Assembly (NCBI RefSeq): GCF_964204645.1
Contig: NC_134031.1
Span: 8,866,001 to 8,930,000 of the forward strand
DNA from: Tubulanus polymorphus
Taxonomy: Eukaryota; Animalia; Nemertea
Direction of reading: 5' to 3'
Length of the DNA stretch: 64,000 nt
The position numbers and the translations under genes are program-made. Shown here piece after piece: positions 35,519 through 47,405 of this stretch (its first letter is position 1; every line of letters starts with the position of its first letter). Under the pieces are notes generated by a model. The model did not search any database and was not told the DNA's origin. It was given only the letters and a program-made list of their open reading frames with translations.

Positions 35519-36189
35519 TTAACCACTCATTAAAGACTCAACATATTGTTCATTATTTGGATCATTGTTCCATAATTCAATGAATTTTTTTTGCTTTATC
35601 TAATTGATCCAAATATAACTGTAAATCTAGTTTATAAGATTTGATTTGATTTTTCTTTCTTTTCTAAAGGCCTTAAATTCTTCCAATTCCAAATAAGTTT
35701 TTTATTGTATTCATCATTCATGTTAAATTTAGATATTGGTAACACGTGATCAATATGGTAATAATCCCCATAATTATCTACATTCATTTTATCATCGAAT
35801 TGAAATATAATCCATGATTTGAGAAATTCATCTGAACAACCCAATAAATTAGATAGTGTTTCTGAATGTGTTTCTTTGTTGAATAATTGTGTTAATCTAG
35901 ACCGTAAACATTGTTTTAATCTAAAATTAAGATCTGTTTGATATCTTTCTCTCATATATTCTGCCATATAATAATTATAATGTTCTATATTATCTTCTCG
36001 GTATTGTTTGGTATATAGTTAAGTACAAGTTTTACAGCAATATTGAAAACCATCTTTGCTAATCTTACGCTTACTAAATTCTGTTAAAGCTAATTTATCT
36101 AATTCACATTTAGAACACTTCTTGCAATATATATTTATAACACCAGTGTTATTTGTAATATTGATAGTTTGTGGTTGTTCTGGTTCCAT
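35519..36189 (-). pseudogene. Zn-ribbon plus HNH endonuclease, copy B
   Basis: YHIDHVLPISKF...NWKNLRPLEKKE; stop and frameshifts. Confidence 0.8.
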
Positions 36190-37311
36190 TTATTATACGT
36201 ATTTTTCTACTAAATTGGTTAATATTTTAGAATCCTCTTCCATTTCTTCGACCAACGTCATCCTTTTTCATTCCTCGCTGCTTTTGATAAGTTGTTTCGA
36301 TTCCTTGATATCTAAATAATACCACTGGGCAAAACCGCGCATTCAGGCCCGGTTTGGATCAATGCGCATGCGTTAATCATAATTATATATTCATTCTATA
36401 AATTCTGTAAAATAGAAACAACACATGCGTTACATGCGTCACATGCGGCCATTTATGGCCGGTTTTACTTAATGCACATGTGTTAATCATAATTATATTT
36501 TCATTCTGTAAATAGAAACAGCTGAACACAGAAAATTCAAACGCATTCATGTCCGCGTCACATGCGTTACATGTGTCAGTCACATGCGGCCATTTATGGC
36601 CGGTTTTGCTTAATGCGCATGCGCTAATCATAATAGAAACGAGTGAACATAAAAATTCACCAATCAGATTTACACAATACGTTATGCAAGTTGTTCAGTC
36701 GTTTCTTCCAATACATCATTTGATTTCTATATATAAAATCTATAATTACAAACATTTTTTCAATTGTCGGTAAATATTTAACTACAACAACAAATGTTAA
36801 ACTTAATCATTGGAGTCTTAATGTTTTTGAAATTCTTATATTTCTTCTTCGATCTTTTGGTGATTCTATTGGTTCGATATCCATTGCTGTTGATTCCTCA
36901 GTCAGAAAGAGTATCTTGACTTTCTCTATCACTTCTTGATGCGTATGACGTTTTATTAATCTAAAAGATATTAGCGGCAACTCTAGCCATCTAAAAGATA
37001 TACTAAATACACTTAAATATATCTAAAGGTTTCATATTTAATAGCCCTAATAACTACAAAAACAGTACTTACATTTAGATTTAGAATTGTAAACTATTAA
37101 CTCCTAATTTCGTTTCGATAGATAGAATATCCTGAGCACAATGTTACAGCGTTTGTTCATTTCTTGCCACATCATCTGGTTCCGGTTCTAGAGTGTTCTC
37201 TGCACGTTTGTAATATTATGAGTCATAATGTCTCGGCGTCATAGTAACGGCTGTAACAGCTGTGAATTTATAGATTTATTCCATAGCTCTGTACATGGAA
37301 TGTATATAGGT

Positions 37312-37563
37312 TCAAATAGAATCAGGTTCTAGTATAAACATCGGATCCTTGATATCAAATTCCTCAACGTATTGTTCATTATTTGGATCATTATTCCATA
37401 ATTCAATAAATTTCTTTGCCTTTGTTAACTGTTCTGAATATAACTGTAAATATTCTAGTTTCAATTTATTCTCTAAATGTGTTTTAGTTTTATTGTGTCT
37501 TGCTTTTTGGGATTTATCTATATTGATATTACATGTTGGACAGTAGTACTTATTTGCTTCCAT
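37312..37563 (-). other. Chimeric ORF: pPolB N-terminal 38 aa fused to the HNH C-terminus
   Basis: MEANKYYCPTC...KLKLEY identical to 21072; LQLY.EQLTKAKKFI...EFDIKDP matches the end of ORF 40457..40792. Confidence 0.8.
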
Positions 37564-37642
37564 TTTAATACTAAATTTTTTATTAAAATTGATTTTAGAA
37601 GTTATTCATTTATATTTTATTCATATATATGAATATTTTAAG

Positions 37643-38036
37643 AGTAATAGGGAATATCTTGTTTCAGGTTGAAGGTTGAATGGTCGAGTTCATTAATAAC
37701 AAATATTAAAAGTAATTTAAAACTATAATATATTTTCATAACCGTGTGTATTTCAGTTGAATATTATTATTATTTGAATATATTTGATTATATGAATTTG
37801 TGTATTGTAAATAAATCAATTGGTCGCGGAGCGGAGCGGTAGCGAAGTGGAGCGACCAATTGATTTAATACAATACGCTTTTTAAATTATTGATATCTTT
37901 GAATAAATATTTAGTTTTAATATTAAATGCACACGGTTATGAAAATATATTATAGTTTTAAATTACTTTTAATGTTTCGTTTTTAATGAACTCGACCGTT
38001 CGACCTTAGGCCTGAAACAAGATATTCCCTATTACT
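37643..38036. repeat. Palindromic TIR core of nested copy B
   Basis: agtaatagggaatatcttgtttcagg ... cctgaaacaagatattccctattact with an inner stem. Confidence 0.92.
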
Positions 38037-38077
38037 AACATATTATGCGGTTCGAATATGAATAAATCTTTATTCAT
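38037..38077 (-). pseudogene. ATPase first ~14 codons (outer element), cut by the nested copy
   Basis: MNKDLFIFEPHNML matches the start of 813..1395. Confidence 0.85.
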
Positions 38078-38085
38078 TTATTCTT

Positions 38086-39186
38086 CTAATTTTTAGATAA
38101 AATCCATTCATTAAATTTATCATCATATCCTTTATATTTCACCAAAGAATACTTTTTTCCTTTAAGAGTTTTTGTTTTCAATACTTTTTCTATTTTGTAT
38201 TCTATTTCATCTGGGTTTGGTACAAGTGATAATTCTTGTTCATAGAAATAACCTAATATTTCTTCATCTTTTAGATCTTCTAGTTTATAAACAAATGGTT
38301 TAGTTAATATTATCTTTTTAATGTTGAATATTTCTTCAGTAAAATTTGGAGTATAACCTTTATAAAATGTTTTTCTATATTTAGATATTCTTACGTGTTG
38401 TCTTATTTTAAATTTAGGTTCTCCGAAATCATGTGTAACAAATGCTCCATATAAATTATTCCAAACTATATCCGAATTATCTTCTTTTCTAGCTTGTATA
38501 GGTTTCATATTTATAGAACTATGTTTAGAATTATTATAACCTTTCACTAAATCATCTAATACATCGATATATTTATATGTTTCATTAGCAGTAAAATATT
38601 TCCACATTCTAGTTTTCAATGTTTTATTAAACCTTTCTATAATAGATGCTTTTTTATCTGAGTGTGTTGAAAAATATTCTACATCGTTATCAGATAATAG
38701 TTTTTTTAAATGTTTGTTATAAAATTCCTTACCTTCATCAAATTGTATCTTATCTGGAATAGCTTCTTTAAATATAGATTTAAAAGCATTTGTTACTTCT
38801 ATTCCAGTTTTATTTTTGATTGGAATTGACCATGCGTATCGACTGAATATGTCTATAACATTTAATATCCAGAAATATCCTTTGTTGTATTCTTCTAAGT
38901 TCTTCATGTCAATTAAATCTGCTTGCCATTGTTGATCGATATATGAAACCATAACCTTTCTTGTTAAATAAGTTTTATCCATTTTCTAGTGGATTTGATA
39001 TGTTGGTTGATTTTGTAACCATGATTTCAATTCACTATATTTTATATCACCGTGTGGGTGCCATACGGCACCATTACCATTTTCATTATCAGATTTAATT
39101 TTACCCCATAATTCTGTAACGTTAGAATATGATACTTCACTTTCTGGGTTGTAATATAAATCTCTTAAATATTGTTCTTTTTTCAT
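38086..39186 (-). pseudogene. c-integrase with chromodomain (one nonsense codon at 38986)
   Basis: ORFs 38986..39186 and 38086..38982 are in frame; DDE motifs and chromodomain present. Confidence 0.93.
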
Positions 39187-39192
39187 CTTATT

Positions 39193-39561
39193 TTAATCCA
39201 TTAATAATAATTTAGATTTAGTTTCAATGGTTTTATGATTTGACTTATTTTCTGGTATGATAGGTTTATTGTCATTGGAATCATCTTTATCATCAGATTT
39301 GAATTTTGATTTATATATTACACCGGATAATATAATATTTGTTCCTAATCCAATTGTAATCTATAATTTATAATTACTTCCAGCATTAGAAGAATCAGAT
39401 GGATTATTATTTGAATCAATATCAGATAAAGTCTGTGATTCATTTATATCAGTTAATTTCTCTTTCTTAGCTTTTTTTAATTCTGCAGATCTTTTACCTA
39501 ATTCTCTTGCCCATTTAATTTGTTTCTCGGATCTAGCCTTTTTCTTAACATCATCACTCAT
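39193..39561 (-). pseudogene. TM hypothetical protein (frameshifted)
   Basis: Homologue of 2486..2854. Confidence 0.8.
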
Positions 39562-40155
39562 TTATTTTAGTTAATTTTTGTTCTGATACATTTTCTGTTT
39601 CACGGTTTGGTTGTAGTACATCTGTTTCGTTCTTACCTGATTTATATTCCATAGGTTTGATATTCGAAAATGTTATGACACCAGTAGAAATTAATGTCAT
39701 AACCGATCCTAATTGAAATGAAGCATATCCAACCCATTTTTGTAATTCAGTCATAACTAAATAGTCATTTTTCAATCACTATATAATTTATTTTCATCAT
39801 CAATTGGTATTAATTGGTTACATAACTTAGAATAACATTTGACAATACCATCTGAAATAGAATCATTTATTCTAGCTAATCTTGCCTCTTCATAAATCTT
39901 AAAATATTTTATTACTTTATCTGGTTTCATAGCATCTAATTCTTGAAAAGTTATTATTTTTCCCAAGAAATCCTTAGATTTCCCGCCAGCAATTAATAAT
40001 TCAAGATGATGCTTACAATATAAATAGTATTCATAATCTATATTACAATTAACTTGAATAGAATTAGAAACAACTGGATCCTTATTATCACTAATACCCA
40101 AATCATCTAATGTTTTTTCAATATCAATACTATTCTTACTCGATTTCTTTGACAT
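39554..40155 (-). pseudogene. 200 aa hypothetical protein (frameshifted)
   Basis: ORFs 39772..40155 and 39554..39775 together equal 2847..3449. Confidence 0.8.
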
Positions 40156-40456
40156 TTATATTAGAGAAATTTAATAAGAAAAATATTATAAGTATTATAA
40201 AATGATACTAGTTAGTTAAAGTTAAAGAATTCTAGTATTGACTACTGATACTAGCTATTTTAATTTAAAGAATTTCTATTTGAATCTATTCAAAATATAA
40301 AGTATTCTCTTTTTGAAAAGAAAATATTAAAAATATAATAGAATTCACTAGCTAGTTGAAGTTATTGTTTTTTATTATATTTTATTTAAATTCTATTTGA
40401 TATCTCACTACTATTGTCTATCTATTAGGAGCAATAATTATAACTGTCCAGATAAG

Positions 40457-41134
40457 TCATTTCGGATCCTTGATATCAAATTCCTCAACATATTGTTCAT
40501 TATTTGGATCATTGTTCCATTGATCAATAAATTTCTTTGCCTTTGTTAACTGTTCTAAATATAACTGTAAATCTAGTTTATTAGATTTGATTTTATTTTC
40601 TTTCTTTTCAAGAGGTCTTAAATTTTTCCAACCCCAAATAAGTTTTTTATTGTATTCATTATTCATGTTAAATTTAGATATTGGTAACACGTGATCAATA
40701 TGATAATAATCCCCATAATTATCTATATTCATTTTATCACCGAATTGAAATATAATCCATGATTTGAGAAATTCATCTGAACAACCCAACAAATTAGATA
40801 ATGTTTCTCAATGCGTTTCTTTGTTGAATAATTGTGTTAATCTAGTCCTTAAGCATTGTTTCAATCTAAAATTAAGATCTGTTTGATATCTTTCTCTCAT
40901 ATATTCTGTCATATAATCATTATAAGCTTCTCTATTATCTTCTCGATATTGTTTGGTATATAGTTTAAAACAAGTTTTACAGCAATATTGAAAACCATCT
41001 TTGCTAATCTTACGCTTACTAAATTCTGTTAAAGCTAATTTATCTAATTCACATTTAGAACACTTCTTGTAATGTATATTTATAACACCAGTGTTATTTG
41101 TAATATTGATAGTTTGTGGTTGTTCTGGTTCGAT
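40457..41134 (-). pseudogene. Zn-ribbon plus HNH endonuclease, outer element
   Basis: HIDHVLP...NLRPLEKKENKIKSNK; start codon mutated to ATC; internal stops. Confidence 0.8.
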
Positions 41135-41155
41135 TTATTATACATATTTTTTTAC

Positions 41156-41751
41156 TAAATTGATTTTAGAAGTTCAATGATTTATATCATGTATTATTTC
41201 AATCACACTTTACTAACACTTTTAATGTTTAAAAATCTATCTCATACAAATATGAATAATGAAATAATGTTGTAAATATATACTTTTATATTGAATAATC
41301 TGTCAATTTAAATGTTATTCATGTATATGATTATTTTAAGAGTAATAGGGGTAATGGGCTTTCAGGTTAAAGGTTGAATGGTCGAGTTCATTAAAAACAA
41401 ATATTAAAAGTAATTTAAAACTATAATATATTTTCATAACCGTGTGTATTTCAGTTGAATAATAGAATAATTATTATTATTAAAATATATTTGATTATAT
41501 GAATTTGTGTATTGTAAATAAATCAATTGGTCGCGGAGCGGAGCGGTAGCGAAGTGGAGCAACCAATTTATTTATTTACAATATGCTTTTAAAATTAAAA
41601 TTATTAATATCTTAGAATAAATATTTAGTTATAATATAAAATACACACGGTTATGAAAATATATTTTAGTTTTAAATTACTTTTAATGTTTTGTTTTCTA
41701 ATGAGCTCGACCGTTCGACCTTTGGCTTGAAAGCCCATTACCCCTATTACT
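41156..41751 (-). repeat. Right TIR, containing an internal palindrome at 41341-41751
   Basis: Reverse complement of the left TIR, followed by TSD TACGGA. Confidence 0.93.
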
Positions 41752-41757
41752 TACGGA

Positions 41758-42900
41758 CCACACATCGTGGACAGTTTACCAAATTGAAGACCAAATGCCA
41801 TCAGTTACTCACAGAAGAGAGCGCTGCAAAAGGTATGTCCACCTTACTTACCTTACGTCATAAATTCGGTAAACTCGAAGAAATTGAGCGAGATCTTGTC
41901 AGTGAGTGTACGTTGAAGGGCGCAGCTTTGAGCGAATTCGTTTCAGCCGGAGACGATGAATTGAATGATAAATTGACAGATATCAATTTTCTCGAATTTG
42001 CGTTTAACGAGCTTTTGTCGAAAAATAGGTCCGATTCGAACAATGCGGCAACCCATCAAAGGTCGAGAATTTCGTTGCCAAAATTGCAACTACCGAAATT
42101 TAGTGGCGATATCCTAGAATGGTCGTCCTTCTGGGATTTGTTCGAATCTACAGTCGACAACCAACATTCGCCGAGTGACGTCGAAAAGTTCGGTCATCTG
42201 AAATGCCATTTAGGCGGTGACGCTAGGCTCGTTATTGAAGGTCTGCCTTTAACTTCCGTTAATTATGTTAAAGCTAAACAACTCTTGAAGGATAGATTTG
42301 GCGTTTCTCATAAGATAAGCGAGGCCAATTTGAACCAACTAGTTGATTTAGAACCTCCAGTCTACAGTTTAAATTCGTTGCGTCGTTTTTATGATAATTT
42401 AGAGCTGCATATCCGAAGTCTTGAATCTTTGAAGGTCGGGGCCGAGTCCTATGGTACACTTCTAGTTCCTATTATCATGAATAAATTGCCCGCTGAGGTA
42501 AAGCGGAACATTGCACGTGCGAATGGGAGTTGCGAATTTGAATTGTCTGTGTTACGTTCTGCGATATTAGATGAAATTAATATTCTCGAGTTCTGCGATA
42601 CGTCATCAGCCGGAACGATGACGTCACTTCTCGTCGACAATAATACCGCAAAGAATGTGCATGATTATAATCGTGTGAAGTTGAAATGTCGTTTTTGTCA
42701 GTCGAATGACCATTACCCTACGGCTTGTGGGCTATACGTTGAACCGCAGGCTAGGCTGAATTTTGTTTTACGAAACAAGTTATGTTTCAATTGTCTTGGT
42801 GCTCATAGAATAAATAAATAAATGTTCGTCAAAGGGTTCATGTAGAGTTTGTAACAAACGACATCATACTAGTATTCATGGGGCGGAATTTCCGGGGCAG
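41758..42900 (+). pseudogene. gag: BEL gag
   Basis: DUF1759-like core; CRFC...H...C, CFNCL..H..C and CRVC...HHTSIH. Confidence 0.9.
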
Positions 42901-43089
42901 TTGAAAGTTCAAGTTCATTCTGTTAATTCGAAAGCTGGGCCCTCACATCCACCGGTAGCTAAAACTCCACGTGAATTAAAACATGGTCAAACGTCTAATA
43001 ACGTTTGTAATTCAGATTCAGGGTCTTCAGATATGGCTGGCATTGATGATCCACCGCCACCAGTTTCTGAATTTAATCATCTTACCGTG

Positions 43090-46000
43090 GTTGAGGGTGG
43101 TGTTTCCTCTACTATATATCTGAAGACTGCTGTAGCACCGGTGGAGAGTGAAGGTACTCGTCTTAATGCTCGCATACTATTAGATGATGGATCACATCGT
43201 ACTTTCGTTACGTCGGCTTTAGTTCGCCAGCTAGGTGTTAAACCTCATAGATTTGAATCCGTTGATTTGAGTGGGTTCGGTGCTGTCAGTACTGGGTCTA
43301 GAGTAGTTGACGTCGTGTGGATCAGTATTGCGTGTACTGTTGATAAATCAGTTGTTTCTGTAGAAGCTATCCGTTGTATCGGAGATAACCAGACCACTCA
43401 GAGTTTCTAACGGTTCAGTTAATTGCATACCTGAATTTAAAGGTTTGAATTTTGCCCATCCGCCGGGGTACAGTTCTAGTTCCTTTGATATCTCATTACT
43501 CATTGGATCTGATAATTACTACCTTTTTGTTCTTGGTAATCAGCTCATTAAATCTGCATGTGGTCCGGTTGCTGTTCCGTCGAAATTGGGTCATTTAATT
43601 GCGGGTCGGTATAACGGTGATGACTTAACCAATTCTGTTCACTTGTCTATAATTGCTGAACCTAACACTTTCGATCTCAGACGTTTCTGGTCTCTAGAAA
43701 CGTTGGGTATAGAGTCACCTACTGACCGAGATACATATTTTCTGGATGAGTCTATCATGTTAGTAGACGGGAGATACAGGGTTAATTTGCCTTGGATAGA
43801 TAATCACGGCATATACTACCCACAAATTATAATGTTTCCAAAGCCAGAACTCGCTCTACGGTTCGCCGCATTGTTGGAGAAATATAGTGCTATAATTACT
43901 GATCAATTGTCACGTGGGTTTATTGAGCCTGTTGAAATTCCCTCCGTTTCTAGCACTCGTGAGCATTATATTCCTCATCACCCGGGGCCGGTTTCACAAA
44001 GCGTAATTAACCCTTAATTATGATTAAATCACTAATCATGATTAAATTATCATGATTTAATCAAGTTAGGTGTTTCACAAAACGTAATCAACTTTAATTA
44101 TAATTAAGTTAACTACAAAATTTAATTCTCCTCTAGAGTGTAATTAAACCATTTAATCATCATTAGTTTATTATTAAAAACAAAAAGCTGCAGATATTAT
44201 TCATGGAATTTGGTGTTTATTAATTGACGACGGCACTTATTCAGTTTTTCAGATTGTTTGGCTCAAATAATTTGGATTTTTTTCCTTTTGTAAAAAAGGC
44301 ATGTCAATACTCTAAATTCTATTGATTTATTTTCAAAAATCAAACGTCCTATGTTTTTGTCAGCACGACCACCACATACTTAGAAGTATTGAATTAATTG
44401 ATTTTGTCCAAACATATGATAGATTTCTGTCAGTAGAGTACATATCTATGGAGTTAGTGTTAAAAAGTGCTAATCACTGCTCGGAAATAAACCCCATTTA
44501 CGAGGATTTTATTTTGCTGACTGGAGGTGAGTTTCTATTTAAAAACTTTTGAGACATCTTGCTAAGTTTTTCCACTGGTTCCTGAGACCTTTCAGAGCAA
44601 TCTTTAACTCCCAAAGGAGTGAATTTCTCTTCCTCTAAACAAGGAAGGTTGTTGATGCTTGGACAGTAAATGGCTGTCTAAAGTTCCGCCATTTTGATAC
44701 AGTTAAATTGTAATTAAGTTGCCTAATTATGTAATTAGTTAATTTTGTAATTAAACCCTTTCGTGAAACCGAATTTTAATCGTAATTAACTAATCATGAT
44801 TAAGGAAATTTAATCATGATTTAGGTCCTAATTATAATTAAAGTTAATTATGCTTTGTGAAACCGGCCCCTGGACTCACAAACCGGAATTTTCAGGCAGT
44901 CATCTACTACTCCGATTCGTATTGTTTTCGATTGCAGCTGTCGACCGTCGAAATCTTCCGTATCTCTTAATGACTGCCTGGAAGCTGGGCCACCGTTGCT
45001 GAACGATATTACTTCTATTTTGATGCGTTTCCGTTTGTTCAATTTTGGCATTGCCACCGATATCGAGAAAGCATTCTTGCAGATTGAATTAAGTCCTGAT
45101 GATCGTGATTCAACCAGATTTTTTTGGTTGAGTGACTCTAGCGATCCGGAGAGCGAGTTTACTATATATAGATTCAAGCGTATCTTGTTCGGGGCTACAT
45201 GTTCACCCTTTTTATTGAATAGTTGCATTATATACCATTTGCGAAATCATGAGAGTGAACTTTCTCAACAACTTCTGAGAGACATATATGTTGATAACAT
45301 TGTATCTAGTGTTCCTACTGAGTCGGATGCTTTGCGTTTTTTCCACGGTTCTAGACAATGCTTCTCGGAAGTCAATTTCAATTTACGTTGTTGGTCTTCC
45401 AACTCGAAAGAGCTCCAAAAGTCTGCTACTGATCAGGGGGTTATAGAAAGCTCTACTGTCGTGAATATTTTTGGTATCAGTTGGGATGTTGAAAAGGATG
45501 AGTTGTCTTATGTTCCCAAAGTTTTGTCATCTGTTTATCCATGCACAAAACGCCTTTTCCTACAGAGAGCTGCAACAGTTTATGATCCACTAGGTCTCCT
45601 AGCTCCAGTTACGATTCGAACTAAAATGCTATTGCAGGATTTGGAAGCAAAACTTTGACTGGGATGAACCCTTGTCCGTAGAGTTTCGAACTAAATGGCA
45701 AACTATACTTGTTGATATTCGTGAGAGTTTAGAGTTGAGTTTCCCTCGTTTTGTAAATTGTCATTTACTGGACGGTACAGATTCACCCGTTGAGTTACAT
45801 TACATGTCTTTTGTGACAGCAGTATCTCCGCTTATGGAGCCGTTGTTTATATTCGTTGTGGAAATGAATCAAGTATTTTGATTGCAAAAGCTAGGGTCGC
45901 ACCTGTCAAGGAACTCACGGTTCCTAAACTTGAACTTATGGCCGCGTTAATTGGTTCGCGATTGATTAAACATGCTTATGATTCTATATCTGTTGTTATT

Positions 46001-47078
46001 GATTTACCTGTTGGACTCTTTGCGTGGTCCGACAGTCAAATTGTACTTGGCTGGCTTCGTTCGAACAAGAAGTTGTCTGCTTTTGTTTCTAACCGTGTAA
46101 AAGAGATCAAGTCTCTCGTATCAGTTGAAAACTGGCATTATTGTCCTACAGCTTTCAACTCGGCTGATTTGTTAACAAGAGGTGGTTTTCTTCTCTCTTT
46201 CAGACGTTTCACAGCAAGACGCTCCATACCAAGGTTTTCTAATTTCTGACAATCAAACTGCTTTTATTGGAGCGAACGCTGAACTACGGCGAATTTATCG
46301 CGACACCAAAGTACACAATTTTATTTCTCGGAAAAACGTCGATTGGAAGTTCATAGTGAAACGCGGACCTTGGTATGGAGGCTTCTGGGAACGGCTGATT
46401 GGGCTTACGAAGAGTAGTTTGATGAAGGTACTCGGTAGAACGTCTGTTACTGGTGTCGAGTTGTACACGTTATTGTGTGAGATAGAAGCTTGTCTCAATG
46501 ATCGACCGTTAGTTTACGTATCCAGTGATCTGGAGTCTGAGCCTCTGACTCCTTCCCATTTGATGTGGGGACGACGCATCACCGCATTGTCAAAATTATG
46601 CCCGATCGATAATTTGGAGGATGATGCGGAGTTTGGAAATGATGGGTCAGTCCTAGCCAAAAGGTACTTGCATTTAAACAGGCTTCTTGATCATTTTTGG
46701 TTGCGTTGGCGCAACGAGTACCTAACGAACCTTAGAGAATATCATAGGTTTACAGGGGACAATCGTGAGATTGCTAAACCTGGCTCTGTTGTCATCATAC
46801 ATGATGAAAATATCCCTCGACTAAGGTGGAAATTAGGAATAATTCAGAAATTGCACAGGAGTAGTGATGGTTTAGTAAGATCCGCCACTGTCAAAACCGC
46901 TACTGGTGTAACTAGTAGGCCCATTTCAAGGTTATATCCACTTGATATTGATACCACCATTGAAGAGAACAAAGCTTGTTCAGATCCAGTTGACACAGAT
47001 CAAGTAGCTTCTAGACCTGTCCGTAGAGCTGCAGAGTTAGCTAAACTTAAGATCAATCAGTATTTTGTTAATAATTGA
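43090..47078 (+). pseudogene. pol: BEL pol (protease-RT-RNase H-integrase) with frameshifts, a deletion near 46185 and a MITE insertion
   Basis: ORFs 42901, 43445, 44996, 45878 and 46182 carry successive Pao motifs. Confidence 0.9.
43985..44869. mobile_element. PIF/Harbinger-like MITE
   Basis: TIR gggccggtttcacaaagc.taattaac / gttaatta.gctttgtgaaaccggccc; 3-bp flanks ccg/ctg; interrupts HYIPHH/IFRQSSTTPIR. Confidence 0.8.
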
Positions 47079-47174
47079 TAACTAGAGACTATTTTGTATT
47101 TGTATGTATTTGTTTGATCATGTTTATATAATGCTCAATTGTTAGTCTATTTCTAGATTTCTTCGCTGGCGGAG

Positions 47175-47405
47175 TGTCGTGACTCGCACGATAGTGTTTA
47201 AGCCCCGTCAACACACATTGAGTTCTCAGTCACAAATCTCAATCTCTGTCACATATCGTTGCATTTCTATAGATAAAGTTGTATATATCAAGTCATATGT
47301 TATGAATAAAGCTCAGATCGTGTCTGTATTCCAAGCAGTACTGTGTTTCTCTCTATCTCTCTTATGTGGTGTCGGCGATCTCGTACTGGCATGTATTTCA
47401 CCACA
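47175..47405 (+). repeat. BEL/Pao 3' LTR
   Basis: TGTCGTGAC...TTTCACCACA after ggcggag; homologue at 7659-7897. Confidence 0.85.

Larger units (their letters stand above)
34214..38036 (-). mobile_element. Nested Polinton family 1 copy B (right arm)
   Basis: Integrase N-terminus (34214-34309), TM protein, 186 aa protein, HNH, then a TIR ending CTATTACT at 38036 that abuts ATPase codon ~14 of the outer element. Confidence 0.9.
20496..41751. mobile_element. Polinton/Maverick family 1, two-ended insertion (internally rearranged)
   Basis: AGTAATAG...CTATTACT termini, TIRs, 6-bp TSD TACGGA at 20490-20495 and 41752-41757; pPolB, integrase, minor capsid and ATPase remnant inside. Confidence 0.96.
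41758..47405 (+). mobile_element. BEL/Pao LTR retrotransposon family 1 (decayed; 5' LTR not seen)
   Basis: gag (LPKLQLPKFSGD..EWSSFWD, Zn knuckles), protease LLDDGS, RT YVDN, RNase H WSDSQ..ADLLTRG, integrase GGFWERL, 3' LTR. Confidence 0.95.

Noticed and set aside
20496-41751. Major capsid and cysteine protease genes
   Set aside because: No recognisable motifs found; probably lost at the 31150-34213 junction. The 29076-30471 ORF has a TM anchor and was not called as capsid
41691-41757. N-terminal extension MFSNELDRSTFG... on the gag ORF
   Set aside because: It is Polinton TIR sequence read from a TTG; the real gag start is at 20462
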